Shown: positions 24,505 to 35,300 of the stretch, piece by piece
Position numbering within the stretch: position 1 is the stretch's first letter
Layout: every line of letters starts with the position of its first letter
Sequence record: OZ035732.1
DNA from: Kayfunavirus PDP351P3
Strand: one strand, 5' to 3'
DNA: 39,050 nt
The notes under the pieces: model-generated
What the model was told of the DNA's origin: nothing
The model's input: only the letters and a program-made list of their open reading frames with translations
The model's database searches: none
Program-made: the position numbers and the translations under genes

Positions 24505-25548
24505 ATGGCAAACGTTCCGGGTCAGAAAATTGGTACAGACCAAGGTAAAGGCAAATCTAGTTCCGACGCTCTGGCGTTGTTCCTGAAGGTCTTTGCTGGT
24601 GAAGTCCTGACCGCATTCACTCGCCGCTCTGTAACGGCTGACAAGCATATTGTCCGTACCATTCAGAACGGTAAGTCTGCTCAGTTCCCGGTCATGGGTC
24701 GCACCTCTGGTGTGTATCTGGCTCCCGGTGAGCGACTGTCCGATAAGCGTAAAGGTATCAAACATACCGAGAAAGTGATTACCATTGATGGTCTGCTGAC
24801 TGCCGATGTGATGATTTTCGACATTGAAGACGCGATGAATCACTATGACGTGGCTGGCGAGTATTCCAACCAGTTAGGTGAAGCGCTGGCTATCGCCGCT
24901 GATGGTGCGGTTCTGGCTGAAATGGCTATCTTGTGTAACCTCCCTGCCGCTTCCAACGAGAACATCGCTGGTCTGGGCACTGCGTCCGTACTGGAAGTTG
25001 GTAAGAAAGCTGACCTCGATACCCCGGCTAAACTGGGTGAAGCAATCATTGGTCAATTGACCATTGCTCGTGCTAAGCTGACCTCCAACTACGTTCCTGC
25101 TGGCGACCGTTACTTCTACACCACGCCTGACAACTACTCTGCAATCCTCGCGGCTCTGATGCCGAACGCTGCTAACTATGCTGCGCTGATTGATCCAGAG
25201 ACTGGTAACATCCGTAACGTGATGGGCTTCGTTGTTGTTGAAGTTCCGCATCTGGTACAGGGTGGTGCTGGTGAGACTCGTGGTGAAGATGGTATCACTA
25301 TCGCTTCCGGTCAGAAACACGCATTCCCGGCAACTGCTACTGGCGACGTTAAAGTTGCTATGGACAACGTTGTGGGTCTGTTCTCTCACCGTTCCGCTGT
25401 TGGTACTGTGAAGCTGCGTGACTTAGCGCTGGAACGTGACCGTGACGTAGATGCTCAGGGCGACCTGATTGTCGGTAAATACGCTATGGGCCACGGTGGT
25501 CTGCGTCCAGAAGCAGCAGGCGCACTGGTTTTCAGCCCAGCGGCGTAA
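24505..25548 (+). CDS. major capsid protein (T7 gp10A-like)
   Basis: 347 aa; GKSAQFPV.GRT...YLAPGE.L.DKRK.IKHTEKVITIDGLLTADV, DIEDAMNHYDV, ALMPNAANYAALIDPE.G.IRNVMGF.VVEVPHL, SAVGTVKLRDLALER, KYAMGHGGLRPEAAGA match recalled T7 gp10A. Confidence 0.97.
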   Translation: MANVPGQKIGTDQGKGKSSSDALALFLKVFAGEVLTAFTRRSVTADKHIVRTIQNGKSAQFPVMGRTSGVYLAPGERLSDKRKGIKHTEKVITIDGLLTADVMIFDIEDAMNHYDVAGEYSNQLGEALAIAADGAVLAEMAILCNLPAASNENIAGLGTASVLEVGKKADLDTPAKLGEAIIGQLTIARAKLTSNYVPAGDRYFYTTPDNYSAILAALMPNAANYAALIDPETGNIRNVMGFVVVEVPHLVQGGAGETRGEDGITIASGQKHAFPATATGDVKVAMDNVVGLFSHRSAVGTVKLRDLALERDRDVDAQGDLIVGKYAMGHGGLRPEAAGALVFSPAA

Positions 25549-25679
25549 GCACCTTTAGCCAACCTAACGTCGCTACAGTAGCGGCTGCACCTGAAGAGGA
25601 GACCCTAACTCCTCAACAGAAAGCTGCGCGTACTCGTGCTGCGAACAGGGCCGCTAAACTGGCTGAGTCCAACAACTAA
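24505..25679 (+). CDS. minor capsid protein 10B-like product via -1 programmed ribosomal frameshift
   Basis: Slippery heptamer G GTT TTC at 25527-25533 (the T7 gene 10 shift heptamer as I recall it), 5 codons before the 10A stop; -1 frame stays open 48 codons to TAA 25677-25679. Confidence 0.55.
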
Positions 25680-25683
25680 TTGA

Positions 25684-25722
25684 AACCCCTTGGGTGCCTT
25701 CGGGTGCTTGAGGGGTTTTTTG
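25684..25722 (+). terminator. T-phi-like terminator downstream of capsid gene
   Basis: AAACCCCTTGGGTGCCTTCGGGTGCTTGAGGGGTTTTTTG; GC-rich hairpin plus U-tract; 3' half CTTGAGGGGTTTTTTG identical to T7 T-phi as recalled. Confidence 0.8.
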
Positions 25723-25742
25723 CTTAAAGTGAGAGGAGACTT

Positions 25743-26309
25743 ATGGCTCAATACATTCCACTGAATGCTAACGATGACTTAGATGCCATCAACGATATGT
25801 TAGCTGCTATCGGTGAACCAGCAGTCCTACAGCTTGACGAGGGTAACGCTGATGTCTCGAATGCTCAACGTATCCTACATCGTGTCAATCGTCAGGTCCA
25901 AGCTAAAGGATGGAACTTTAACATCAACGAAGCTGCTGTCCTGACACCTGATGTCCAAGACAATAGGATTCGATTCCTACCGTCATACCTTCGTGTAATG
26001 ACTGCCGGGGCCACCAGCTATTATAGCAACATGGGTGGATACCTGTACGACCTGTCCACTCAGTCAACCACTTTCACCGACCCTATAACGGTAGAGCTTG
26101 TTGAGATGAAACCATTCTCTGAGATGCCAGTGGTCTTCAGGGACTACATCGTTACCAAGGCTAGCCGTGAGTTCAACGCTAAGTTCTTCGGTAGCCCAGA
26201 GTCAGAGCTATACCTTCGTGAGCAGGAAGCAGAACTCTATCAGCAGGTTATGGAGTACGAGATGGACACTGGTCGCTACAACATGATGTCTGACATCGGG
26301 AGGGACTAA
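25743..26309 (+). CDS. tail tubular protein A (T7 gp11-like)
   Basis: 188 aa; D.L..IGEP.V..L.EGNAD...A.RIL...NRQ.Q..GW.FNI.E, ASR.FN..FFG.PE, EYEMD.G.YNM match recalled T7 gp11. Confidence 0.9.
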   Translation: MAQYIPLNANDDLDAINDMLAAIGEPAVLQLDEGNADVSNAQRILHRVNRQVQAKGWNFNINEAAVLTPDVQDNRIRFLPSYLRVMTAGATSYYSNMGGYLYDLSTQSTTFTDPITVELVEMKPFSEMPVVFRDYIVTKASREFNAKFFGSPESELYLREQEAELYQQVMEYEMDTGRYNMMSDIGRD

Positions 26310-26536
26310 TGGCTAGTCACAACCTGAAGATTCACCGCCAGCACTTTGGTCCGGTACAACTAGGTCTAAAGACAGCAGAGCTGAGACTTAACGACCGGGA
26401 CTTTAAGGTTGGCGACTGGCTTATTCTGAATGAGTGGGACAACGGGTACACTGGACAACAGGTAGCACGTAAGGTTGTCCACATTGCTGACGTTGGTGAC
26501 ATCGCTGAGGGATACGTCCTAATGAGTATGATTTAA
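26309..26536 (+). CDS. ASCH/DUF3850-like small protein inserted between tail tubular genes
   Basis: 75 aa; H.LKI....F.PV..G.KT.E.R.NDRDFKVGDWLIL.EWD...YTG......V..I.......GYVLMS fits the DUF3850 (ASCH-fold) pattern as I remember it; T7 has no gene here. Confidence 0.6.
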   Translation: MASHNLKIHRQHFGPVQLGLKTAELRLNDRDFKVGDWLILNEWDNGYTGQQVARKVVHIADVGDIAEGYVLMSMI

Positions 26537-26545
26537 GGAGGGCCT

Positions 26546-28903
26546 ATGCCACTTATCACACAAAGCATAAAAAATCTTAAAGGTGGAATTAGCCAGCAGC
26601 CTGACATCCTGAGGTTCTCAGACCAAGGCGAGGAGCAAGTTAACTGCTGGTCATCAGAGAGTGATGGACTCCAGAAGCGTCCACCTACAGTCTTCAAGCG
26701 ACGTCTTAACATCGACGTTGGGAGCAACCCTAAGTTCCACCTGATTAACCGTGATGAGCAGGAGCAGTATTACATCGTGTTCAACGGGACCGACATTAAA
26801 GTAGTTGACTTGAGCGGTAATCAATACTCAGTGTCCGGTGCAGTAGACTACGTTAATACATCCAACCCGCGAGATGACATCCGTGTCGTCACTGTTGCAG
26901 ACTATACGTTCATCGTGAACCGTAAGGTTGTCGTTAAAGGTGGAAGCGAGAAGTCACACTCTGGTTATAATAGTAAAGCTCGTGCTTTAATAAACCTGCG
27001 TGGTGGACAGTATGGTCGCACCCTTAAGGTAGGAATCAACGGAGGCGTTAAGGTTTCGCATAAGTTGCCAGCAGGTAATGATGCCGAGAATGACCCACCT
27101 AAGGTGGATGCTCAGGCCATCGGTGCAGCTCTGAGAGACCTTCTTGTTGCTGCTTACCCTACCTTCACGTTCGACCTTGGGTCTGGCTTCCTGTTAATCA
27201 CTGCCCCTTCAGGGACTGACATTAACTCAGTGGAGACGGAGGATGGCTACGCTAACCAGCTAATCAGCCCAGTACTCGACACGGTGCAAACAATCTCTAA
27301 GTTACCTCTTGCAGCTCCAAATGGGTACATCATTAAGATTCAAGGTGAGACCAACAGTAGCGCCGATGAATATTACGTGATGTATGACTCCAACACTAAG
27401 ACGTGGAAGGAGACAGTAGAGCCGGGAGTGGTCACTGGGTTCGATAACACCACAATGCCACATGCTCTGGTTAGACAATCTGACGGCTCCTTTGAGTTCA
27501 AGACTCTGGACTGGTCTAAGCGTGGTGCTGGTAATGATGACACAAACCCTATGCCTAGCTTCGTGGATGCCACGATTAACGATGTGTTCTTCTACAGGAA
27601 TAGGCTGGGGTTCTTGTCAGGCGAGAACGTAGTCATGAGCCGTTCAGCAAGCTACTTTGCGTTCTTCCCTAAGAGTGTGGCGACACTGAGTGATGATGAT
27701 CCTATTGACGTAGCTGTGAGTCACCCTAGAATCTCAATCCTTAAGTATGCCGTTCCGTTTAGTGAGCAGCTACTACTTTGGTCAGATGAGGTGCAGTTCG
27801 TGATGACAAGCTCAGGGGTCCTTACCTCGAAGTCTATCCAGCTTGATGTAGGCTCAGAGTTTGCCTTAGGTGACAATGCCAGACCGTTCGCTGTAGGACG
27901 CTCAGTCTTCTTCTCAGCGCCTCGTGGGTCATTCACCAGTATTAAGCGATACTTCGCTGTAGCAGATGTGTCTGACGTGAAGGATGCCGATGATACAACT
28001 GGTCACGTACTGTCCTACATCCCTAACGGGGTGTTTGATATTCAAGGTACAGGGACTGAGAACTACATCTGCGTCAACTCTACAGGTGCATACAACAGAA
28101 TCTACATCTACAAGTTCTTGTTTAAGGACGGCGTACAGCTTCAAGCCTCTTGGTCGCACTGGGAGTTCCCTAAAGCTGATAAGATTCTGGCGTCTGCGTC
28201 GATTGGCTCTACCATGTTCATTGTTCGTCAGCACCAAGGCGGCGTGGACCTTGAGCACCTTAAGTTCATCAAGGAGGCCACTGACTTCCCGTCAGAGCCG
28301 TATAGACTACACGTTGACTCCAAGGTGTCTATGGTCATTCCAATTGGCTCGTTTAATGCTGACACCTATAAGACTACGGTTGACATTGGTTCTGCTTATG
28401 GTGGAAACGCTCCGTCTCCCGGTCGGTACTATCTGATTGACAGTCAGGGTACCTACGTGGACCTTGGTGAATTGACCAGTATCTCTACTGAGGTTATCCT
28501 CAACGGCGATTGGTCAGGACGCACAGTGTTCATCGGACGGTCTTATCTAATGTCTTACAAGTTCTCACGGTTCCTGATTAAGATTGAAGACGAGAGTGGT
28601 ACTCAGTCTGAAGACACTGGTCGTCTACAGCTTCGTAGGGCTTGGGTCAACTACAAGGACACTGGCGCTCTTAGACTCATTGTCAGAAACGGTGAGCGGG
28701 AGTTCGTGAACACCTTTAATGGGTACACCCTTGGTCAGCAAACCATCGGGACTACCAACATTGGGGATGGTCAGTATCGCTTCGCTATGAATGGTAACGC
28801 ATTAACCACGAGTCTAACCTTAGAGTCAGATTATCCTACCCCAGTGTCCATCGTTGGCTGTGGCTGGGAGGCGTCATACGCTAAGAAAGCTCGTTCCGTC
28901 TAA
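26546..28903 (+). CDS. tail tubular protein B (T7 gp12-like)
   Basis: 785 aa; QSIKNLKGGISQQPDILR, MPHALVR, INDVFF.RNRLGFLSGEN, DDDPIDVAVS, ILKYAVPFSE.LL.WSD, GRLQLRRAWVNY, IVGCGWE match recalled T7 gp12. Confidence 0.97.
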   Translation: MPLITQSIKNLKGGISQQPDILRFSDQGEEQVNCWSSESDGLQKRPPTVFKRRLNIDVGSNPKFHLINRDEQEQYYIVFNGTDIKVVDLSGNQYSVSGAVDYVNTSNPRDDIRVVTVADYTFIVNRKVVVKGGSEKSHSGYNSKARALINLRGGQYGRTLKVGINGGVKVSHKLPAGNDAENDPPKVDAQAIGAALRDLLVAAYPTFTFDLGSGFLLITAPSGTDINSVETEDGYANQLISPVLDTVQTISKLPLAAPNGYIIKIQGETNSSADEYYVMYDSNTKTWKETVEPGVVTGFDNTTMPHALVRQSDGSFEFKTLDWSKRGAGNDDTNPMPSFVDATINDVFFYRNRLGFLSGENVVMSRSASYFAFFPKSVATLSDDDPIDVAVSHPRISILKYAVPFSEQLLLWSDEVQFVMTSSGVLTSKSIQLDVGSEFALGDNARPFAVGRSVFFSAPRGSFTSIKRYFAVADVSDVKDADDTTGHVLSYIPNGVFDIQGTGTENYICVNSTGAYNRIYIYKFLFKDGVQLQASWSHWEFPKADKILASASIGSTMFIVRQHQGGVDLEHLKFIKEATDFPSEPYRLHVDSKVSMVIPIGSFNADTYKTTVDIGSAYGGNAPSPGRYYLIDSQGTYVDLGELTSISTEVILNGDWSGRTVFIGRSYLMSYKFSRFLIKIEDESGTQSEDTGRLQLRRAWVNYKDTGALRLIVRNGEREFVNTFNGYTLGQQTIGTTNIGDGQYRFAMNGNALTTSLTLESDYPTPVSIVGCGWEASYAKKARSV

Positions 28904-28927
28904 CTTATTGAAGGGCCTATATATTTA

Positions 28928-28950
28928 CCTTAACTATCACTATAGGGACT
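28928..28950 (+). promoter_or_regulatory. phage RNAP promoter (phi13-like)
   Basis: CCTTAACTATCACTATA-GGGACT. Confidence 0.75.
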
Positions 28951-28979
28951 ATAGGCCCTTAAGGTTATAAGGAGACTTT

Positions 28980-29450
28980 ATGTATATTCGCAAGGCTACG
29001 GAACCAGATGTCCACTACTTTCTGTGGCATCTTTCAGCAGATGATGTTAATGAATGCAAAGCAAACTACGGGTCAACCGTGGGTCTCTCTGAGAGACTGC
29101 TTAAGCACCTATCTCCATCATCTGTGGTTTTAACGAATGGTGTAGGTGAAGTGTTTGCCTATGGTGGAAACCAAGGGGATAACGTATGGTTCTTGACTTC
29201 AGGTCTGGTCAACAAGCTGAGACCTAAAGAGAAGCGAGAGTTCATAAAGCGTATCTCTGAGTACAGGGACTTAATGTTAGACCAATACGGGACCATCTGG
29301 AACTACGTGTGGTCAGGCAATAAGTCTCACATTAAATTCTTGAAGTTGCTTGGGGCTAAGTTCCATGATGATTGGACTATCAGCCCGGTAACTGGTGAGC
29401 GTTTTCAATTATTCACTATCTCTAAGGAGGACGTATGTGTGAACCCGTAA
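28980..29450 (+). CDS. internal virion protein A (gp13 position)
   Basis: 156-aa ORF-track ORF with AAGGAGA RBS; assigned by synteny between gp12 and gp14. Confidence 0.55.
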   Translation: MYIRKATEPDVHYFLWHLSADDVNECKANYGSTVGLSERLLKHLSPSSVVLTNGVGEVFAYGGNQGDNVWFLTSGLVNKLRPKEKREFIKRISEYRDLMLDQYGTIWNYVWSGNKSHIKFLKLLGAKFHDDWTISPVTGERFQLFTISKEDVCVNP

Positions 29451-30022
29451 GTATCGGCATGGGTATCATGGCTGTAGCAGGGGCCACTATGTCCGCATCA
29501 CAACAGGCCAAGGCCGAAGGTGCAGCAATTGACGCTCAGAACCGACAGGCTCAGGAAATGGTTAAGCAGATGAACTACTCTGACGCCAACCTGAGGATGC
29601 AGGAGCGAGACCTGAAGGAGCAGCAGCTGGCTGAACTGACAGAGACCACGCTCAACGGTATCCGCAATCAGGGTATGGTCCGAGCTGCGGTGGCTGAGTC
29701 CGGTCTGGAAGGGAACTCTATGGACAGGATTGAACGTCAGGTCGCAGGAGATACAGTCAAGGAGCGAGCAGGGATTACCGAAAGTTACAACCGCGACTAT
29801 GCGGCTATCTTCGGGAACCGTATCGCCAACATTGAGAACACAAAGTCTGCTATCCGTGGTCAAGGTAAAATCATCAAGACCAGCCCACTGGCTCATGCAC
29901 TTAATGTTGCTAACGCCGGGATGCAAGGCTACGCCGCTGGTAAGTCAATCTCTGGAGAGTCCAGCTCTGGTGGTTCTGCACCAATTAGTGCTGCTAAAGG
30001 CACACCTACAGGTCATAGCTAA
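29435..30022 (+). CDS. internal virion protein B (T7 gp14-like)
   Basis: 195 aa; MC start, hydrophobic N-terminus, SMDRIER, YNRDYAAIF resemble recalled T7 gp14 (MCWAAAIPIA..., SMDRIKR, YRRDYQAIF). Confidence 0.8.
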   Translation: MCEPVSIGMGIMAVAGATMSASQQAKAEGAAIDAQNRQAQEMVKQMNYSDANLRMQERDLKEQQLAELTETTLNGIRNQGMVRAAVAESGLEGNSMDRIERQVAGDTVKERAGITESYNRDYAAIFGNRIANIENTKSAIRGQGKIIKTSPLAHALNVANAGMQGYAAGKSISGESSSGGSAPISAAKGTPTGHS

Positions 30023-30033
30023 GAGGAGGACTA

Positions 30034-32316
30034 ATGGCTAGTAATATTGAATCAGCTCTTGCTAATCGGACTATGGGTCGTGGCAGAGCGCCGGGTAAAA
30101 CTATCGCCGTCAACTATCAAGCAGCCAGCGTTCAGGCTCCAACTGGTGACTCAGGTTTGGCTCGGGCGTTAACCAACTTCGTTGAGTCTGGTACTGGATT
30201 ATACAAGCAGTTCAAAGACGAGGAGAAGACACGGGCCGACGAGCGGTCTAACGAGATTATCCGTAAGCTGACACCTCAGCAAAGACGTGAGGCTATCCAG
30301 AACGGCACACTGCTGTATCAGGACGACCCTTACGCTATGGAAGCACTTCGAGTCAAGACTGGCCGCAATGCTGCTTTTGCGGTAGACGACGAGATTAACG
30401 TTAAGATTCAGAACGGTGAGTTCCGTACACGTCAGGACATGGAAGAGTATCGCCACCAGCGACTTCAGGATGCCGCTAAGTCCTATGCTGAAGAGGCGGG
30501 TATTAACCCTACTGACGAGTTCTTCCAGCGTGGATTCAACGATAACATCACGGACAGAAACATCGCTATCTACGGGTCCTTCAATAAGTATTTCAGCAAG
30601 CAGTCTGAAGAGACAGCAATGTTGAACACTCGTATTGAGATGAACTCGTTCCTTAACGATGGGGACCTGATGCGTTCGCCTGAGTCTGGAAAGACCTTCA
30701 TGACCTACCTGCGGGATGGTCTAACAACTGCTGCTATCCCTTCGGACCAGCGAGCACGAGAGGTAATCACCCAGACGGTACGTGACGCAATCCAGAAGTC
30801 AGGAGGCTCAAACTTCCTACAGCAAGTCCGTGGCGAGCGTATCACCCTTAATGGTGTTGACGCTACCATCGAAGAGATTGTAGGACCTGACGTCTTCAAT
30901 GCTGCTATGGTCGAGGCCCAAGGGACTGAGTATAAATTGGTGGCTAAGTATCAGGAAGACTTGGCGTTAGGCGTTCAGTCTGCGATTCTTCAGGATGACC
31001 CAACCATCGGTCTGGCCCAGATTCAGAAACTCAAAGAACAGAACAACCTGCTTCAACCGGGTGAAGAACTCACGCCTCAGCGTCAGATGCTTATTAATGC
31101 CGAAGCCAGCTTGCTTGAAGCGGTCAAGCGTAAGTCTGCTGAACAGGCGAAGGAGAACACTAAGTTAATCCAGACACAGAACAAGCAACTGGTCATTGAC
31201 CAAGTGTATCAGCGACGTCTGGCTGGGGACAACGTGTCCACCAACTATGAGGACCTTCCTGTCTCTGACGCTACAGGTGAGTTCAAGCGTTCAGATATGA
31301 ACAACTACGCGTCTGCCAAGCTGCAGCAGATTGACCAGATGGACATCCCTGAGGCTGCTAAAGACGCTCAGAAGGTGGCATTGTTAAGAGCTGACACTAA
31401 CAACGGTCCGTTCCGTAATGCCTTCCAGACGCTGACTCAGGACGCTGCTGGTGAGTGGCAAGCTGCTGTCATCCGTGGACAGTACGACCCAGACAAGATG
31501 AAACGCTTCGAGTCTCTTCGTCGTGCCTACACTCAGGACCCTTCAAGTTTCGCTGCTCTGTATCCTGACCAAGCCCAGTTGTTCTCTACGTTCGACCAGA
31601 TGGACAAGATGGGTCTGGACCCTCAGACGATGATTGAAGCTGATAAGCAAGCTGCAAGTCAAAGCCGTGAGATGCGCATGGAGTCAGACAAGGCGTGGCA
31701 GGAGTTGAAGAACGACTCCAAGAACACCCAGTTGTCTCGTCTCCCAACGTCTCTGGACTCAAGTGCTCGTAAGGTCTGGGACTCATGGTACTATCGTACA
31801 GGTAACGCTGACGCTGCAACTCAGCAGACTCAACGCTGGCTGAATGAAAATACCGTAACGTTCCAGTCTGAAGGTTCTGACGGTAAGTCCATCGGCATGG
31901 TGTCAAAGCACCAGCTTATGGTCGGGGATAACCCAGAGTCGTGGCAGGTTGGTCGAGACATTATCGACACCGCTCGTAAGCAGCTCATTAAGGCCAACCC
32001 TTGGGTAGTGAACTCTCAGTTGTCCGTTGTTGAACAGAACGGCTCTATCTTCCTCCAAGACGCTACAGGGACTATTCGTATTCGCTACGATAAAGAACTT
32101 GTAGGTAAACTCTACCGCGAACAACAGCAGAAGGCACAAGATGCCGCATACGCTCAGGCAGAACGTGACGCTAACAAGCGAGCGCGTATCGTCGGGACTA
32201 AAGCTGCTGGTGACAAACGTCGAGCTGACCGAGAGGCCAACATCGAGAAGCGCGGAGGGATGTACAATGACGTCTCATTGGAGGGTATCGCAAACGTACT
32301 AATCGGTAAGGAGTAA
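30034..32316 (+). CDS. internal virion protein C (T7 gp15-like)
   Basis: 760 aa; ADERSNEIIRKLTPQQRREA.QNGTLLYQDDPYAMEALRVKTGRNAA, EEYRH.RLQ, DPQ....ADK match recalled T7 gp15. Confidence 0.93.
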   Translation: MASNIESALANRTMGRGRAPGKTIAVNYQAASVQAPTGDSGLARALTNFVESGTGLYKQFKDEEKTRADERSNEIIRKLTPQQRREAIQNGTLLYQDDPYAMEALRVKTGRNAAFAVDDEINVKIQNGEFRTRQDMEEYRHQRLQDAAKSYAEEAGINPTDEFFQRGFNDNITDRNIAIYGSFNKYFSKQSEETAMLNTRIEMNSFLNDGDLMRSPESGKTFMTYLRDGLTTAAIPSDQRAREVITQTVRDAIQKSGGSNFLQQVRGERITLNGVDATIEEIVGPDVFNAAMVEAQGTEYKLVAKYQEDLALGVQSAILQDDPTIGLAQIQKLKEQNNLLQPGEELTPQRQMLINAEASLLEAVKRKSAEQAKENTKLIQTQNKQLVIDQVYQRRLAGDNVSTNYEDLPVSDATGEFKRSDMNNYASAKLQQIDQMDIPEAAKDAQKVALLRADTNNGPFRNAFQTLTQDAAGEWQAAVIRGQYDPDKMKRFESLRRAYTQDPSSFAALYPDQAQLFSTFDQMDKMGLDPQTMIEADKQAASQSREMRMESDKAWQELKNDSKNTQLSRLPTSLDSSARKVWDSWYYRTGNADAATQQTQRWLNENTVTFQSEGSDGKSIGMVSKHQLMVGDNPESWQVGRDIIDTARKQLIKANPWVVNSQLSVVEQNGSIFLQDATGTIRIRYDKELVGKLYREQQQKAQDAAYAQAERDANKRARIVGTKAAGDKRRADREANIEKRGGMYNDVSLEGIANVLIGKE

Positions 32317-32320
32317 CATA

Positions 32321-35300
32321 ATGGCGACTCGTGGTATTCGCAATAACAATCCGGGTAACATCCGGGTAAGTAAGGACCAATGGGAAGGAATGACTGGAGA
32401 TGATGGCGCATTCGTCACCTTCGATAGTCCAGAGTCTGGCGTCCGAGCTTTAGGTAAAAACCTGCTGTCCTACGGTCGCCAAGGTTATGACTCCATCGAG
32501 AAGATTATCAACCGATGGGCACCTCCTAACGAGAACGACACTAAGGCTTATATTGACTCAGTGGTGGCTGCAACTGGTATTCCAGCTACCCAGAGTCTCG
32601 ACCTATCGGACCCTGACACCCTGTCTTCTCTGGCACAAGCTATCAGCTTCCATGAGACAGGCTCACGGTACGACCCTGAAGTCTATCAGAAGGGAGTCGC
32701 ACGAGCACTCAATGGCATTAGCCCAAAGACTCCACCAGTAAGCGCTAACGTATTTGACGCACTCACGGAAGGACTCAAGGCTAAACCTAAAGTAGCTCTG
32801 GGCGAGAACCTTCCGACCGCTGCTGGTCTGAACATTGAGGGTCAATCACCTGAAGCTCCCAACGAATCGTTCGGTGAGATGTTCTATAAGGCTACTGGAG
32901 AGACCATGCAGGAGCGAGAGGACCGCTCTACGTGGTTCGGTTTCGGTGCGGCTACAGAAGCTGACGTGAAGAACTCTATGGTAGGCGTGGCTATCCGAGC
33001 TGGCCAGACTGAGGATTCACTGGATGTCATTGGCGATGTGTTCAACCCAACCCGATGGAACAACCATAAGTGGTCTCGTGAGGAGCTGGACCAGATTCGT
33101 AACGCTGGGGTTTTGCCTCAGTATTACGGAGTCATTACTGGTGGCTCTCCTCAGAACCTTACCGAGCTTATTAACTTGGCGCTTGAGAACCAGAAGTTGG
33201 ACCAAGAGAGGGCCAAGGCTGGGACTGGTGCTCAGTTAGCCGCTGGTGTGATTGGAGCTGGTGTGGACCCTCTGACCTACGTTCCTATCGCTGGACAGGT
33301 AGGTAAGGGTGGGAAGCTAATCAACAAGATGTTCACTGTGGCTGCTCAGTCTGGTGCTCTTGCTGGGGCATCCGAGATTGCTCGAACCTCAGTTGCTGGT
33401 GGGGACGCTCATGTGGCTGAAGCTATCCTTGGTGGTGTTCTCTTCGGTGGCGGTATGACTGCTATCGCTGATGGACTAGGTAGAGCCTTAGGCCGCAACA
33501 CTAATGAGTTTGCTGGTCCAGCTACACGTCTGGAAGCTCGTGAGACTGCTCGTAACGTTGATGGTCAGGACCTATCTCGTCTACCTATTCAGGAAGGTGA
33601 GCAGACCTTTAGTCATCAAGGTGTTAAGTTCGCAGACGTTCCGAACGAGCCGGGTAGTGTACGACTGGAAGATGGTTCAATCCTGATTGGTGAGAACCCT
33701 CTGAACCCTAAGACACGTCAAGTCTTTGACGAAGTGATTGAGCCGGAACGTGCCGCTGCTGGTGTGAACCTTGGTGGACTTACCGAGATTGGCCTGAAGC
33801 TGCTTCGGTCTGAGAACCCTGAGATTCGTGGAGTAGCTGCTGACTTAGTGCGTTCACCGACTGGTATGCAGTCTGGGGCCTCAGGTAAAATCGGGACAAC
33901 TGCGTCAGACGTGTTCGAGAGACTTCGTGCTGTGGACCATCGGTTCTACAACGACCTCGACGATGCTGTTACTGAGGCACTCAAGGACCCTTACTTCCAG
34001 ACAGCATTCTGGCGAGACTCTGGCGCATTCCGTCAAGACATCTATCAGCGTGTGTCTATGGCTATCGAAGATGGTAGTGGGAACCTGAAGGCTGAACTGA
34101 CTCCGGGAGAACTGAAAGTCTATGACCTGCTGAAGAACCAGTTCGACGCCAAGCGTGAGATGATGGAGAATCCAGCTATGTTTGGTCGCCCAGACGCTCA
34201 GTCTATCTTTCCGGGTAGTCGCTTCAAGGGAACCTACGTCCCGCATGTGTATAGCAACCAGATGAAGGAGCTGTACATCAAGGAGCTTGGAAGTCCAGAG
34301 GCGTTGCAGGAGGCCATCAAGAAGTCATGGTTGACCAGCTATGCGTCTCGACCTGAAGTCAAGAAACGCGTGGACGAGGCACTTTTAGAGGCTGACCCTA
34401 CTTTGACTCCAGAGGGACTTGCGGCTGCGGTCGATAAGTACGCCAACGATAGGGCTTACGGTATCTCCCATACAGGGCAGTTCGAACGTTCATCCGTAAT
34501 GGAAGAGAACATCAACGGTCTGGTTGGTCTGGAGAACAATAGCTTCCTTGAGGCTCGTAACCTGTTCGATAGCGATATGTCAATCGTCCTGCCTAACGGT
34601 CAGACCTTCAGTGTCAACAACCTGCGTGAGTGGGACATGGACAAGATTGTCCCGGCCTACAACCGTCGAGTTAATGGCGACATTGCTATCATGGCTGGTA
34701 CAGGAAAAACCACGAAGGACATGAAGGACTTGGTTGAGACCATGATGAACAAGGCTGGCGATGACGGTAAGTTGAAAGGTGAGGTATCTACCTTACGTGA
34801 CACCCTGAAGATTCTCACTGGTCGTGCTCGACGTGATGGTGCTGACGATGCAGCCTTCGCTACCGTGATGCGCACAATGACAGACCTAGCGTTCTTCGCT
34901 AAGAATGCCTACATGGGTGTTCAGAACTTGACGGAGATTGGTGGTATGTTGGCTCGCGGCAACGTTCGTGCGCTGCTACATGGAGTCCCTATGTTCCGTG
35001 ACCTAGCCTTCCGTAACAAGAAGGTCGGGGCCTCGGAGATTAAGGACCTGCATAATGTTATCTTCGGTAAAGAATTGGATGACTCAATCCGTCCGTCTAA
35101 ACAGGATGTTATCGACCGTCTGCGCTCTTACAGTGACCTCAGTCGTGGTACAGCTACAGCTCTGGGGACTGCCAAGTATTACACTGGTGAACTTGCAGTA
35201 CGCTCTCCGTTCACTAAAGTCCTCAACGGTACGACCAACTACCTGTTAGATGCTGGACGTCAAGGCTTCCTGTCTGACATCGTGGAACATAGCCTGACTG

